Shown here: piece after piece, positions 51,019 to 64,000 of the stretch | How the letters are laid out: each line of letters begins with the position of its first letter | Position numbering within the stretch: position 1 is the first letter of the stretch | NCBI GenBank assembly: GCA_010909165.1 | Contig: VJWM01000281.1 | Span: forward strand, 62,001-126,000 | Length of the DNA stretch: 64,000 nucleotides | Source of the DNA: Anthoceros angustus | Taxonomy: Eukaryota > Plantae > Anthocerotophyta | Direction: 5' to 3' | Program-made: the position numbers and the translations under genes | Notes under the pieces: model-generated | Database searches by the model: none | What the model saw: only the letters and a program-made list of their open reading frames with translations | Told to the model about the DNA's origin: nothing

Positions 51019-54000
51019 CTCAATGCACCGGAGTGGATCAAAGAAGGAGATGTTTCTTGAAGATCACTTTTGGTCTTTGCCCTCTTCCTCTTCTTGTTCA
51101 AACATGAAGATCACTTTTGGTCTTTGCCCTTTTCTATTCTTGGAATTTTGATGCATTAAGCGAGGAAAATGCAAATGCTAGCCTAGTCTAGAAAAATAAT
51201 GAGTTTTGCTTTCTCACCGTCTTCTTGTTCAAACATGAAGATCACTTTTGGTCTTGAAGATGGGAGCTTGCTCAATCCGCCACTTGGCCAATCACGATGA
51301 TTACTTTTGGTCTTGAAGATCTCAATGCACCGGAGTGGATCAAAGAAGGAGATATGGGAGCTTGCTCAATCCGTGATTAACAAAAGCTCATACACTCTTA
51401 AGTGCACAAGCACGAAGCAATTGTAACTATGGTTGATATAAACATAATTTCTAAGAAGGCACAAGTTGGTCTTGAAGATCTCAATGCACCGGAGTGGATC
51501 AAAGAAGGAGATAGTTCATACATGCCACATAAGCAATCATGCTTTAGTAGAGAAATTGATCCAAAATAGAATGGGTGTAGTTTCTCTTTGATGTAGACTA
51601 GGTTTTCAAAGTTTTGGTGTTTCATACTCAAGATGGGGTATTGTTATTCTATTACTTGGCCAATCACGATGATTACTTTTGGTCTTGAAGATCTCAATGC
51701 ACCGGAGTGGATCAAAGAAGCTTGATCACATGTTGTATGATTCCCCAATGTGCCAAGAGATTATTCTATTACTTGGCCAATCACGATGATTACTTTTGGT
51801 CTTTGCCCTCTTCCTCTTCTTGTTCAAGGTACAATACACTATTTCAAGATCGCAGTGGACATTTGAAAGGTCCTTGAGATAGCTTTGGCACGACTTTTGT
51901 GGAGCAACCCACTAATGTTTCATTATAACTTATTTCAAGATCGCAAAGTGGACATTTGAAAGGTCCTTGAGATAGCTTTGGCACGACTTTTGTGATTTTG
52001 GTTTTGCCCAGCTCTTACGCTTGCCCATGTTTCTCAATGTCTTGTTCAAACATGAAGATCACTTTTGGTCTTGAAGATCTCAATGCCATGTGATTATTCT
52101 TTTACTTGTTCAAGGTACAATACACTATTTCAAGATCGCAAAGTGGACATTTGAAAGGTCCTTGAGATAGCTTTGGCACGACTTTTGTGATTTTGGTTTT
52201 GCCCAGCTCTTACGCTTGCCCATGTTTCTCAATGTCTTGTTCAAACATGAAGATCACTTTTGGTCTTTGCCCTCTTCCTCTTCTTGGCATTTTCGGCTGA
52301 TTTGTGGAGCAACCCACTAATGTTTCATTATAACTTATTTCAAGATCGCAAAGTGGACATTTGAAAGGTCCTTGAGATAGCTTTGGCACGACTTTTGTGA
52401 TTTTGGTTTTGCTTTCTCACCGTCTTCTTGGCATTTTCGGCTGATTTGTGGAGCAACCCACTAATGTTTCATTATAACTTATTTCAAGATCGCAAAGTGG
52501 ACATTTGAAAGGTCCTTGAGATAGCTTTGGCACGACTTTTGTGGAGCAACCCACTAATGTTTCATTATAACTTATTTCAAAAACTTTAATCAAATCCAAA
52601 ATAGAATGGGTGTAGTTTCTCTTTGATGTAGACTAGGTTTTCAAAGTGGACATTTGAAAGGTCCTTGAGATAGCTTTGGCACGACTTTTGTGGAGCAACC
52701 CACTAATGTTTCATTATAACTTATTTCAAGATCGCAAAGTGGACATTTGAAAGGTCCTTGAGATAGCTTTGGCACGACTTTTGTGATTTTGGTTTTGCTT
52801 TCTCACCGTCTTCTTGTTCAAGGTACAATACACTATTTCAAGATCGCAGTGGACATTTGAAAGGTCCTTGAGATAGCTTTGGCACGACTTTTGTGATTTT
52901 GGTTTTGCTTTCTCACCGTCTTCTTGTTCAAGGTACAATACACTATTTCAAGATCGCAGTGGACATTTGAAAGGTCCTTGAGATAGCTTTGGCACGACTT
53001 TTGTGATTTTGGTTTTGCTTTCTCACCGTCTTCTTGTTCAAGGTACAATACACTATTTCAAGATCGCAAAGTGGACATTTGAAAGGTCCTTGAGATAGCT
53101 TTGGCACGACTTTTGTGGAGCAACCCACTAATGTTTCATTATAACTTATTTCAAGATCGCAAAGTGGACATTTGAAAGGTCCTTGAGATAGCTTTGGCAC
53201 GACTTTTGTGATTTTGGTTTTGCCCAGCTCTTACGCTTGCCCATGTTTCTCAATGTCTTGTTCAAGGTACAATACACTATTTCAAGATCGCAGTGGACAT
53301 TTGAAAGGTCCTTGAGATAGCTTTGGCACGACTTTTGTGATTTTGGTTTTGCCCAGCTCTTACGCTTGCCCATGTTTCTCAATGTCTTGTTCAAACATGA
53401 AGATCACTTTTGGTCTTTGGAAGATGTGCAAGCTTGATCACATGTTGCTCACCCTAATAAACCCCACGGTCCTAGTTCATGTAGTTCAACCGCCACTTGG
53501 CCAACTACTAGTTGAACTGCAATTCAACGCCTGCCAATCGAGGAGGTCTTTACTATGTAGAAAAGGTTTTTTTTTTTTTTTTGGTTGGAAGTTTCATGCC
53601 AAAGTGGTTAAAAGTAACGTTTGGGTCGGACCGTTCGATGATAGTTCATACATGCCACATAAGCAATCATGCTTTAGTAGAGAAATTGATCCAAAATAGA
53701 ATGGGTGTAGTTTCTCTTTGATGTAGACTAGGTTTTCAAAGTTTTGGTGTTTCATACTCAAGATGGGGTATTGTTATTCTTCTTCTATTTATCTATCTAG
53801 GTACATGATGGCATCAACAAATCCATCAATTGCAAGAATGTATCCAAGCGATGGACAATAAACACCAACAATATTTTTGCCAACTTCATTGCTAGTTCTA
53901 AATAAAGCTCCAAAACCTACATTATTTACATCGTCCTCAAATTAGCATACAATGAGCCTAATTGTGTGTCTTCGTATGTGGGGGCGAGTTTGATCTTGGC

Positions 54001-57000
54001 ATGCAAGTCCTTGCACTACATGTCGGTACTAGGTGCTTCTTTGGCTTCTTGATCCCACTCCTCGTGAGACAGTTTTATGAGCCTCCAATGCGCCATGTGA
54101 TTATTCTATTACTTGGCCAATCACGATGATTACTTTTGGTCTTTGCCCTTTTCTATTCTTGGAATTTTTGACGATTTGTTGAGTAGCCTACCAACTACGG
54201 ACCGTGATCCAAGGACGAGCATAGTCTCGATGAGCTAAGCACCTAATCGGTGCAGACGAGCTTGCGAGATGGTGGATGCGGCAAGGGCTGCGACTAACCA
54301 TAGTCGTGCTAGCCTAGGTTAACTCACTAGAGCATAGTTAGCAAACCGTAGTCAAGAACCTCGGGTTACACAAATTGGACATGGACACGGACCAAGCCGG
54401 GGCTACAAGTCACACGCCAAGATCAAGAAGACTCTCTTCTTCATGCCCCTCGCCTCGCGGCCGAGGCCCTCGTCATGTCGCTCATATATGGTATCAGCCT
54501 ATCCATCGATGCATTGCGACCGATGTTTCTTGAAGATCTCAATGCACCGGAGTGGATCAAGAAGGAGATAGTTCATACATGCCACATAAGCAATCATGCT
54601 TTAGTAGAGAAATTGATCCAAAATAGAATGGGTGTAGTTTCTCTTTGATGTAGACTAGGTTTTCAAAGTTTTGGTGTTTCATACTCAAGATGGGGTATTG
54701 TTATTCTTCTTCTATTTATCTATCTAGGTACATGATGGCATCAACAAATCCATCAATTGCAAGAATGTATCCAAGCGATGGACAATAAACACCAACAATA
54801 TTTTTGCCAACTTCATTGCTAGTTCTAAATAAAGCTCCAAAACCTACATTATTTACATCGTCCTCAAATTAGCATACAATGAGCCTAATTGTGTGTCTTC
54901 GTATATGTGGGGCGTAGTTGATCTTGGCATGCAAGTCCTTGCACTACATGTCATTTAGGTGCTTCTTTGGCTTCTTGATCCCACTCCTCGTGAGACAGTT
55001 TTATGAGCCTCCAATGCGCCATGTGATTATTCTATTACTTGGCCAATCACGATGATTACTTTTTGGTCTTTGCCCTTTTCTATTCTTGGAATTTTTGGTG
55101 ATTTGTTGAGTAGCCTACCAACTACGGACCGTGATCCAAGGACGAGCATAGTCTCGATGAGCTAAGCACCTAATCGTGCAGACGAGCACCGCGACGAGAT
55201 GGTGGATCGCAGTGGACATTTGAAAGGTCCTTGATAGCTTGCGACTAACCATAGTCGTGCTAGCCTAGGTTAACTCACTAGAGCATAGTTAGCAAACCGT
55301 AGTCAAGAACCTCGGGTTACACAAATTGGACATGGACACGGACCAAGCCGAGGGGCTACAAGTCACACGCGCCAAGATCAAGAAGACTCTCTTCTTCATG
55401 CCCCTCGCCTCGCCGCGGCCGAGGCCCTCGTCATGTCGCTCATATATGGTATCAGCCTATCCATCGATGCTGCACCGATGTTTCTTGAAGATCTCAATGC
55501 ACCGGAGTGGATCAAAAGAAGGAGATATGGGAGCTTGCTCAATCCGCCGTGATTAACAAAAGCTCATACACTCTTAAGTGCACAAGCACGAAGCAATTGT
55601 AACTATGGTTAGTTGATCCTAGGTTAGTCTCTCAAGCTAAACTAACAGTACATCCTATAGCTAGCTAGCTAGCTAGCTAGCTAGCTAGCTAGCTAGCTAG
55701 CCCTCGTGCTATGTCCATCATAGCCTCGCGATCGACTATGTCCTTCACGGGAGCTTGCTCAATCCGCCACTTGGCCAATCACGATGATTACTTTTTGGTC
55801 TTTGCCCTCTTCCTCTTCTTGGCATTTTCGGCTGATTTGTTGAGTAGCCTACCAACTACGGACCGTGATCCAAGGACGAGCATAGTCTCGATGATAGTTC
55901 ATGTAGTTCAAATCCGCCGTGATTAACAAAAGCTCATACACTCTTAAGTGCACAAGCACGAAGCAATTGTAACTATGGTTGATCTTGGCATTTTCGGCTG
56001 ATTTGTTGAGTAGCCTACCAACTACGGACCGTGATCCAAGGACGAGCATAGTCTCGATGATAGTTCATGTAGTTCAAATCCGCCACTTGGCCAACTACTA
56101 GTTGAACTGCAATTCAACGGCCTTAATCGAGAGGTCTTTACTATGTAGAAAAGGTTTTTTTTTTTTTTTGGTTGGAAGTTTCATGCCAAAGTGGTTAAAA
56201 AGTAACGTTTGGGTCGGACCGTTCGATGATAGTTCATACATGCCACATAAGCAATCATGCTTTAGTAGAGAAATTAATCCAAAATAGAATGGGTGTAGTT
56301 TCTCTTTGATGTAGACTAGGTTTTCAAAGTTTTGGTGTTTCATACTCAAGATGGGGTATTGTTATTCTTCTTCTATTTATCTATCTAGGTACATGATGGC
56401 ATCAACAAATCCATCAATTGCAAGAATGTATCCAAGCGATGGACAATAAACACCAACAATATTTTTGCCAACTTCATTGCTAGTTCTAAATAAAGCTCCA
56501 AAACCTACATTATTTACATCGTCCTCGAAATTAGCATACAATGAGCCTAATTGTGTGTCTTCGTATATGTGGGGCGTAGTTGATCTTGGCATGCAAGTCC
56601 TTGCACTACATGTCGGTACTAGGTGCTTCTTTGGCTTCTTGATCCCACTCCTCGTGAGACAGTTTTATGAGCCTCCAATGCGCCATGTGATTATTCTATT
56701 ACTTGGCCAATCACGATGATTACTTTTTGGTCTTTGCCCTTTTCTATTCTTGGAATTTTTGGTTTGTTGAGTAGCCTACCAACTACGGACCGTGATCCAA
56801 GGACGAGCATAGTCTCGATGAGCTAAGCACCTAATCGGGCGAGCGGCCGCACGAGATGGTGGATCGGCAAGGCTGGCTGCGACTAACCATAGTCGTGCTA
56901 GCCTAGGTTAACTCACTAGAGCATAGTTAGCAAACCGTAGTCAAGAACCTCGGGTTACACAAATTGGACATGGACACGGACCAAGCCGGGCTACAAGTCA

Positions 57001-58060
57001 CACGCCAAGATCAAGGACGAGCATAGTCTCGATGAGCTAAGCACCTAATCGCGTGACGAGTACCGTGACGAGATGGGCACCCACAGCACGAGGAGCGGCT
57101 TGCGACTAACCATAGTCGTGCTAGCCTAGGTTAACTCACTAGAGCATAGTTAGCAAACCGTAGTCAAGAACCTCGGGTTACACAAATTGGACATGGACAC
57201 GGACCAAGCCGCAGGGCTACAAGTCACACGCGCCAAGATCAAGAAGACTCTCTTCTTCATGCCCCTCGCCTCGCCTCGCCGTCGAGGCCCTCGTCATGTG
57301 CGCTCATATATGGTATCAGCCTATCCATCGATGCATTGCGACCGATGTTTCTTGAAGATCTCAATGCACCGGAGTGGATCAAAAGAAGGAGATATGGGAG
57401 CTTCGAACGATCGAAAGCTGTTAGGGCTTAGGCAGACAAGCCTTGTCATAGCATTAGGGCTTATCCAGCTTCTAGAAAGGTAGTTAATATAAGCGGCATC
57501 CTACGAGATGGGCACCCACGAGCACGAGGAGCGCGGCAAGCTGGGAACGAGAGAGTCTCTTGGATCTTGGGAACGGACTGAAGTAGCCCGCGCCCTTGTC
57601 CGAGCACGTGTTCAAATATTTGACTCACCTTGTTCTTGACTAGAGTATGCCTAACTCTGGTTAGTTGATCCTAGGTTAGTCTCTCAAGCTAAACTAACCG
57701 TACATCCTATAGCTAGCTAGCTAGCCCTCATGCTTGCAGCTATGTCGGACGCCGCCACGGCCCTCGGCGATTAGGTGGCTCGGCTATGTCCATCATAGCC
57801 TCGCGATCGACTATGTCCTTCACGGCTGGAGCTTGCTCAATCCGCCGTGATTAACAAAAGCTCATACACTCTTAAGTGCACAAGCACGAAGCAATTGTAA
57901 CTATGGTTGATATAAACATAATTTCTAAGAAGGCACAAGTTGGTCTTGAAGATGGTGCTGTGTCGTATTCACGGCACCATTCTTGCGTGCCTTTTGAGAC
58001 ATGTTGTATGATTCCCCAATGTGCCAAGAGATTATTCTTTTACTTGTTCAAACATGAAGA

Positions 58061-58494
58061 TCACTTTTTGGTCTTTGCCCTCTTCCTCTTCTTGGCATTT
58101 TCGGCTGATTTGTGGAGCAACCCACTAATGTTTCATTATAACTTATTTCAAAAAACTTTAATCAAATCCAAAACATATACAGATGTCCAAACAGTTCACA
58201 AATCAGGCGTGACGAGGAAAATGCAAATGCTAGCCTAGTCTAGAAAAATAATGAGTTTTGCTTTCTCACCGTCTTCTTGGACCGCGTCAACCCGTAGTAG
58301 ACATCGATTGGCACGCTTAGGCTATGAATATCGCCTCAAATATTTTTCACAGTATGCCGAGGCGACCCTGATTCTTCTTGTTCAAGGTACAATACACTAT
58401 TTCAAGATCGCAAAGTGGACATTTGAAAGGTCCTTGATAGCTTTGGCACGACTTTTGTGATTTTTGGTTTTGCCCAGCTCTTACGCTTGCCCAT
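58061..58494 (-). CDS. ELF1: ELF1-like copy
   Basis: Both exons, the donor (GTGAGA) and the acceptor (AATCAG) are present, with small indels. Confidence 0.8.
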
Positions 58495-61400
58495 GTTTCT
58501 CAATGTCTTGTTCGTGAGTTAGGCTCTTTATTTTCTTGGGATCTAAAAACGAAAGGAGACGGTTACTAGGATTCAATACCGTATTTGTTCACACGATGGA
58601 ACATATATAGTCTTTCTTTCGGTGAAATTTCTGGTATTTATTCAAAGATATTTACAAGCCAGCTCACAAAAAACCCTATTGTGGCTATCATGATGTGCAA
58701 GCTTGATCACATGTTGCTCACCCTAATAAACCCCACGGTCCTAGTTCATGTAGTTCAAATCCGCCACTTGGCCAACTACTAGTTGAACTACATTGCTGGC
58801 GAGGAGGTCTTTACTATGTAGAAAAGGTTTTTTTTTTTTTTTGGTTGGAAGTTTCATGCCAAAGTGGTTAAAAAGTAACGTTTGGGTCGGACCGTTCGAT
58901 GATAGTTCATACATGCCACATAAGCAATCATGCTTTAGTAGAGAAATTAATCCAAAATAGAATGGGTGTAGTTTCTCTTTGATGTAGACTAAGACTAAGC
59001 TTGAACTATCATTGAACTACATTATTTACATCGTCCTCGAAATTAGCATACAATGAGCCTAATTGCTTCTCTTTGCATGAATAGGTTTTCAAAGTTTTGG
59101 TGTTTCATACTCAAGATGGGGTATTGTTATTCTTCTTCTATTTATCTATCTAGGTACATGATGGCATCAACAAATCCATCAATTGCAAGAATGTATCCAA
59201 GCGATGGACAATAAACACCAACAATATTTTTGCCAACTTCATTGCTAGTTCTAAATAAAGCTCCAAAACTACATTATTTACATCGTCCTCGAAATTAGCA
59301 TACAATGAGCCTAATTGTGTGTCTTCGTATATGTGGGGCGTAGTTGATCTTGGCATGCAAGTCCTTGCACTACATGTCGGTACTAGGTGCTTCTTTGGCT
59401 TCTTGATCCCACTCCTCGTGAGACAGTTTTATGAGCCTCCAATGCGCCATGTGATTATTCTATTACTTGGCCAATCACGATGATTACTTTTTGGTCTTTG
59501 CCCTTTTCTATTCTTGGAATTTTGGTGATTTGTTGAGTAGCCTACCAACTACGGACCGTGATCCAAGGACGAGCATAGTCTCGATGAGCTAAGCACCTAA
59601 TCGTGCAGACGAGCACGAGATGGTGGATCAAAAGAAGGAGAGATGGGAGCTTGCGACTAACCATAGTCGTGCTAGCCTAGGTTAACTCACTAGAGCATAG
59701 TTAGCAAACCGTAGTCAAGAACCTCGGGTTACACAAATTGGACATGGACACGGACCAAGCCGGGGCTACAAGTCACACGCGCCAAGATCAAGAAGACTCT
59801 CTTCTTCATGCCCCTCGCCTCGATGATAGTTCATGTAGTTCAAATCCGCCACTTGGCCAATCACGATGATTACTTTTTGGTCTTTGCCCTTTTCTATTCT
59901 TGGAATTTTGGTTGGAAGTTTCATGCCAAAGCTGGTTAAAAAGTAACGTTTGGGTCGGACCGTTCGATGATAGTTCATGTAGTTCAAATCCGCCACTTGG
60001 CCAATCACGATGATTACTTTTTGGTCTTTGCCCTTTTCTATTCTTGGAATTTTGGTTGGAAGTTTCATGCCAAAGCTGGTTAAAAAGTAACGTTTGGGTC
60101 GGACCGTTCGATGATAGTTCATACATGCCACATAAGCAATCATGCTTTAGTAGAGAAATTAATCCAAAATAGAATGGGTGTAGTTTCTCTTTGATGTAGA
60201 CTAGGTTTTCAAAGTTTTGGTGTTTCATACTCAAGATGGGGTATTGTTATTCTTCTTCTATTTATTCAAAGATATTTACAAAGCTCACAAAAACCCTATT
60301 GTGGCTATCATGATGTGCAAGCTTGATCACATGTTGCTCACCCTAATAAACCCCCACGGTCCTAGTTCATACATGCCACATAAGCAATCATGCTTTAGTA
60401 GAAATTGGGCTTAAGTTTTGTTGTTATTGGGCTTAAGTTTTGTGGTTTGTATTTACTAACTTTGTTTTTTTTGGTTGGAAGTTTCATGCCAAAGCTGGTT
60501 AAAAAGTAACGTTTGGGTCGGACCGTTCGATGATAGTTCATGTAGTTCAAATCCAAAATAGAATGGGTGTAGTTTCTCTTTGATGTAGACTAAGACTAAG
60601 CTTGAACTATCATTGAACTACTAGTTTGGCATGGACCTCGATGATAGTTCATACATGCCACATAAGCAATCATGCTTTAGTAGAGAAATTGATCCAAAAT
60701 AGAATGGGTGTAGTTTCTCTTTGATGTCTTGTTCAAGGTACAATACACTATTTCAAGATCGCAAAGTGGACATTTGAAAGGTCCTTGAGATAGCTTTGGC
60801 ACGACTTTTGTGATTTTTGGTTTTGCCCAGCTCTTACGCTTGCCCATGTTTCTCAATGTCTTGTTCAAACATGAAGATCACTTTTGGTCTTTGCCCTTTT
60901 CTATTCTTGGAATTTTTGGTTGTTTTGATGTAGACTAGGTTTTCAAAGTTTTGGTGTTTCATACTCAAGATGGGGTATTGTTATTCTTCTTCTATTTATC
61001 TATCTAGGTACATGATGACATCAACAAATCCATCAATTGCAAGAATGTATCCAAGCGATGGACAATAAACACCAACAATATTTTTGCCAACTACTAGTTG
61101 AACTACATTATTTACATCGTCCTCGAAATTAGCATACAATGAGCCTAATTGTGTGTCTTCTTGTTCAAGGTACAATACACTATTTCAAGATCGCAAAGTG
61201 GACATTTGAAAGGTCCTTGAGATCAAGAAGACTCTCTTCTTCATGCCCCTCGCCTCGCCGCGGCCGAGGCCCTCGTCATGTGCGCTCATATGGTATCAGC
61301 CTATCCATCGATCTGCACCGATGTTTCTTGAAGATCTCAATGCAGGAGTGGATCAAAAGAAGGAGATATGGGAGCCGCACCAACGATCGAAAAATTTAGG

Positions 61401-62883
61401 GCTTAGGGCAAGAGCAAGCCTTGTCATAGCATTAGGGCTTATCCGACTAGAAAGGTAGTTAATATAAGCGGCATCCTACGAGATGCACGAGGAGCGCAAG
61501 TGGGAACGAGAGAGTCTCTTGGATCTTGGGAGAAGTGTGGACCGCCATAAAAGCATCTGGATTCTCAAGGTAATATGTTTTGCTTTCTCACCGTCTTCTT
61601 GTTCAAACATGAAGATCACTTTTGGTCTTTGCCCTCTTCCTCTTCTTGTTCAAACATGAAGATCACTTTTGGTCTTTGCCCTCTTCCTCTTCTTGTTCAA
61701 GGTACAATACACTATTTCAAGATCGCAAAGTGGACATTTGAAAGGTCCTTGAGATAGCTTTGGCACGACTTTTGTGATTTTGAGACATGTTGTATGATTC
61801 CCCAATGTGCCAAGAGATTATTCTTTTACTTGTTCAAGGTACAATACACTATTTCAAGATCGCAAAGTGGACATTTGAAAGGTCCTTGAGATAGCTTTGG
61901 CACGACTTTTGTGATTTTTGGTTTTGCCCAGCTCTTACGCTTGCCCATGTTTCTCAATGTCTTGTTCAAACATGAAGATCACTTTTGGTCTTTGCCCTCT
62001 TCCTCTTCTTGGCATGCAAGTCCTTGCACTACATGTCGGTACTAGGTGCTTCTTTGGCTTCTTGATCCCACTCCTCGTGAGACAGTTTTATGAGCCTCCA
62101 ATGCGCCATGTGATTATTCTTTTACTTGTTCAAACATGAAGATCACTTTTGGTCTTTGCCCTTTTCTATTCTTGGAATTTTGGTGATTTGTTGAGTAGCC
62201 TACCAACTACGGACCGTGATCCAAGGGCGAGCATAGTCTCGATGAGCTAAGCACCTAATCGTGAGACAGTTTTATGAGCCTCCAATGCGCCATGTGATTA
62301 TTCTATTACTTGGCCAATCACGATGATTACTTTTGGTCTTTGCCCTTTTCTATTCTTGGAATTTTTGGTTTTGCCCAGCTCTTACGCTTGCCCATGTTTC
62401 TCAATGTCTTGTTCAAACATGAAGATCACTTTTGGTCTTTGCCCTCTTCCTCTTCTTGGCATGCAAGTCCTTGCACTACATGTCGGTACTAGGTGCTTCT
62501 TTGGCTTCTTGATCCCACTCCTCGTGAGACAGTTTTATGAGCCTCCAATGCGCCATGTGATTATTCTTTTACTTGTTCAAACATGAAGATCACTTTTGGT
62601 CTTTGCCCTCTTCCTCTTCTTGTTCAAGGTACAATACACTATTTCAAGATCGCAAAGTGGACATTTGAAAGGTCCTTGAGATAGCTTTGGCACGACTTTT
62701 GTGATTTTGAGACATGTTGTATGATTCCCCAATGTGCCAAGAGATTATTCTTTTACTTGTTCAAAAACTTTAATCAAATCCATATGGACATATACATATG
62801 TCCAAGCAGTTCTAAATCAGGCGTGGCGAGGAAAATGCAAATGCTAGCCTAGTCTAGAAAAATAATGAGTTTTGCTTTCTCAC

Positions 62884-63106
62884 CGTCTTCTTGGACCGCG
62901 TCAACCCAAAAGACATCGATTGCACGCTTAGGCTATGAATATCAATCTCAAATATTTTTCCAGTGCCACGAGGCACGACCCTGCTCTTCTTGTTCAAGGT
63001 ACAATACACTATTTCAAGATCGCAGTGGACATTTGAAAGGTCCTTGAGATAGCTTTGGCACGACTTTTGTGATTTTTGGTTTTGCCCAGCTCTTACGCTT
63101 GCCCAT
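62884..63106 (-). pseudogene. ELF1: ELF1-like exon 1 only (exon 2 not adjacent)
   Basis: MGKRKSWAKPKITKVVPKLSQGPF...WVDAVQED followed by the donor; downstream sequence joins a scrambled tract. Confidence 0.7.
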
Positions 63107-64000
63107 GTTTCTCAATGTCTTGTTACCGTGAGTTAGGCTCTTTATTTTCTTGGGATCTAAAAACGAAAGGAGATTACTAGGATTCAATACCGTATTTGTT
63201 CACACGATGGAACATATATAGTCTTTCTTTCGGTGAAATTTCTGGTATTTATTCAAAGATATTTACAAGCCAGCTCACAAAAACCCTATTGTGGCTATCA
63301 TGATGTGCAAGCTTGATCACATGTTGCTCACCCTAATAAACCCCCACGGTCCTAGTTCATGTAGTTCAAATCCGCCACTTGGCCAACTACTAGTTGAACT
63401 ACTAGTTGAACTACACCCGAATTGCCAATGCGAGGAGGTCTTTACTATGTAGAAAAGGTTTTTTTTTTTTTTTTTTGGTTGGAAGTTTCATGCCAAAGCT
63501 GGTTAAAAGTAACGCTTTGGACCTCGATGATAGTTCATACATGCCACATAAGCAATCATGCTTTAGTAGAGAAATTGATCCAAAATAGAATGGGTGTAGT
63601 TTCTCTTTGATGTAGACTAGGTTTTCAAAGTTTTGGTGTTTCATACTCAAGATGGGGTATTGTTATTCTTCTTCTATTTATTCAAAGATATTTACAAGCC
63701 AGCTCACCTTGTTCTTGACTAGAGTATGCCTAACTCGTTAGTTGATCCTAGGTTAACTCACTAGAGCATAGTTAGCAAACCGTAGTCAAGAACCTCGGGT
63801 TACACAAATTGGACATGGACACGGACCAAGCCGCAGGGCTACAAGTCACACGCCAAGATCAAGAAGACTCTCTTCTTCATGCTTCTTTGGCTTCTTGACT
63901 AGAGTATGCCTAACTCGTTAGTTGATCCTAGGTTAGTCTCTCAAGCTAAACTAACGTACATCCTATAGCTAGCTAGCCCTCGTGCTTGCACTACATGTCG

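Larger units (their letters stand above)
38085..53420. repeat. Large scrambled mosaic of monomer fragments with local tandem sub-repeats (~142, ~167, ~110, 19 and 12 bp)
   Basis: Almost every segment maps to the monomer on the same strand, and junctions fall at short shared words. Confidence 0.9.
14612..64000. repeat. Main tandem array of the ~2.5-2.6 kb ELF1-like-bearing monomer (regular units plus scrambled tracts)
   Basis: The monomer anchor recurs at 18232, 20688, 24737, 27309, 29929, 32498, 33998, 36646, 53542, 56131, 58803 and 63434. All units have the same orientation. Confidence 0.95.

Noticed and set aside
38842-53721. Many 60-160 aa ORFs in the scrambled tract as novel shuffled proteins
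   Set aside because: They are chance open frames of reshuffled monomer fragments with no coherent domain, and the tract is probably artefactual.

Overview
Eukaryotic DNA, probably from a land plant (GT-AG introns, telo-box, Ty3/gypsy element). Most of the window is a head-to-tail array of a ~2.5-2.6 kb monomer; the anchor GGAGGTCTTTACTATGTAG recurs at ~1, 2518, 18232, 20688, 24737, 27309, 29929, 32498, 33998, 36646, 53542, 56131, 58803 and 63434. The main result is that each monomer carries, on the minus strand, a divergent ELF1/ELOF1-like (transcription elongation factor Elf1, Zn-ribbon) gene. The ORF track misses it because every copy has small indels. My by-eye consensus is MGKRKSWAKPKITKVVPKLSQGPFKCPLCDLEIVYCTLNKKxNQGRLx(C)DACEKYFETDIHSLSVPIDVYYxWVDAVQED|AENAKKRKRAKTKK*. 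The gene has a phase-1 intron, an upstream TATA box and telo-box, a diverged second copy of its terminal exon, and an ~820 bp imperfect fold-back lying between the two terminal exons. The array is interrupted at ~3.5-14.6 kb by fragments of an intron-containing plus-strand gene (weakly XS-domain/coiled-coil-like) and a truncated, frameshifted Ty3/gypsy gag-pol on the minus strand. Large tracts (~14.8-16.6 kb, ~38-53.4 kb, ~59.8-62.8 kb) are same-strand mosaics of monomer pieces joined at short shared words. These, the duplicated unique blocks and the CG-focused indels point strongly to long-read consensus or k-mer-correction artefacts, so copy number and fine structure must be verified against raw reads.
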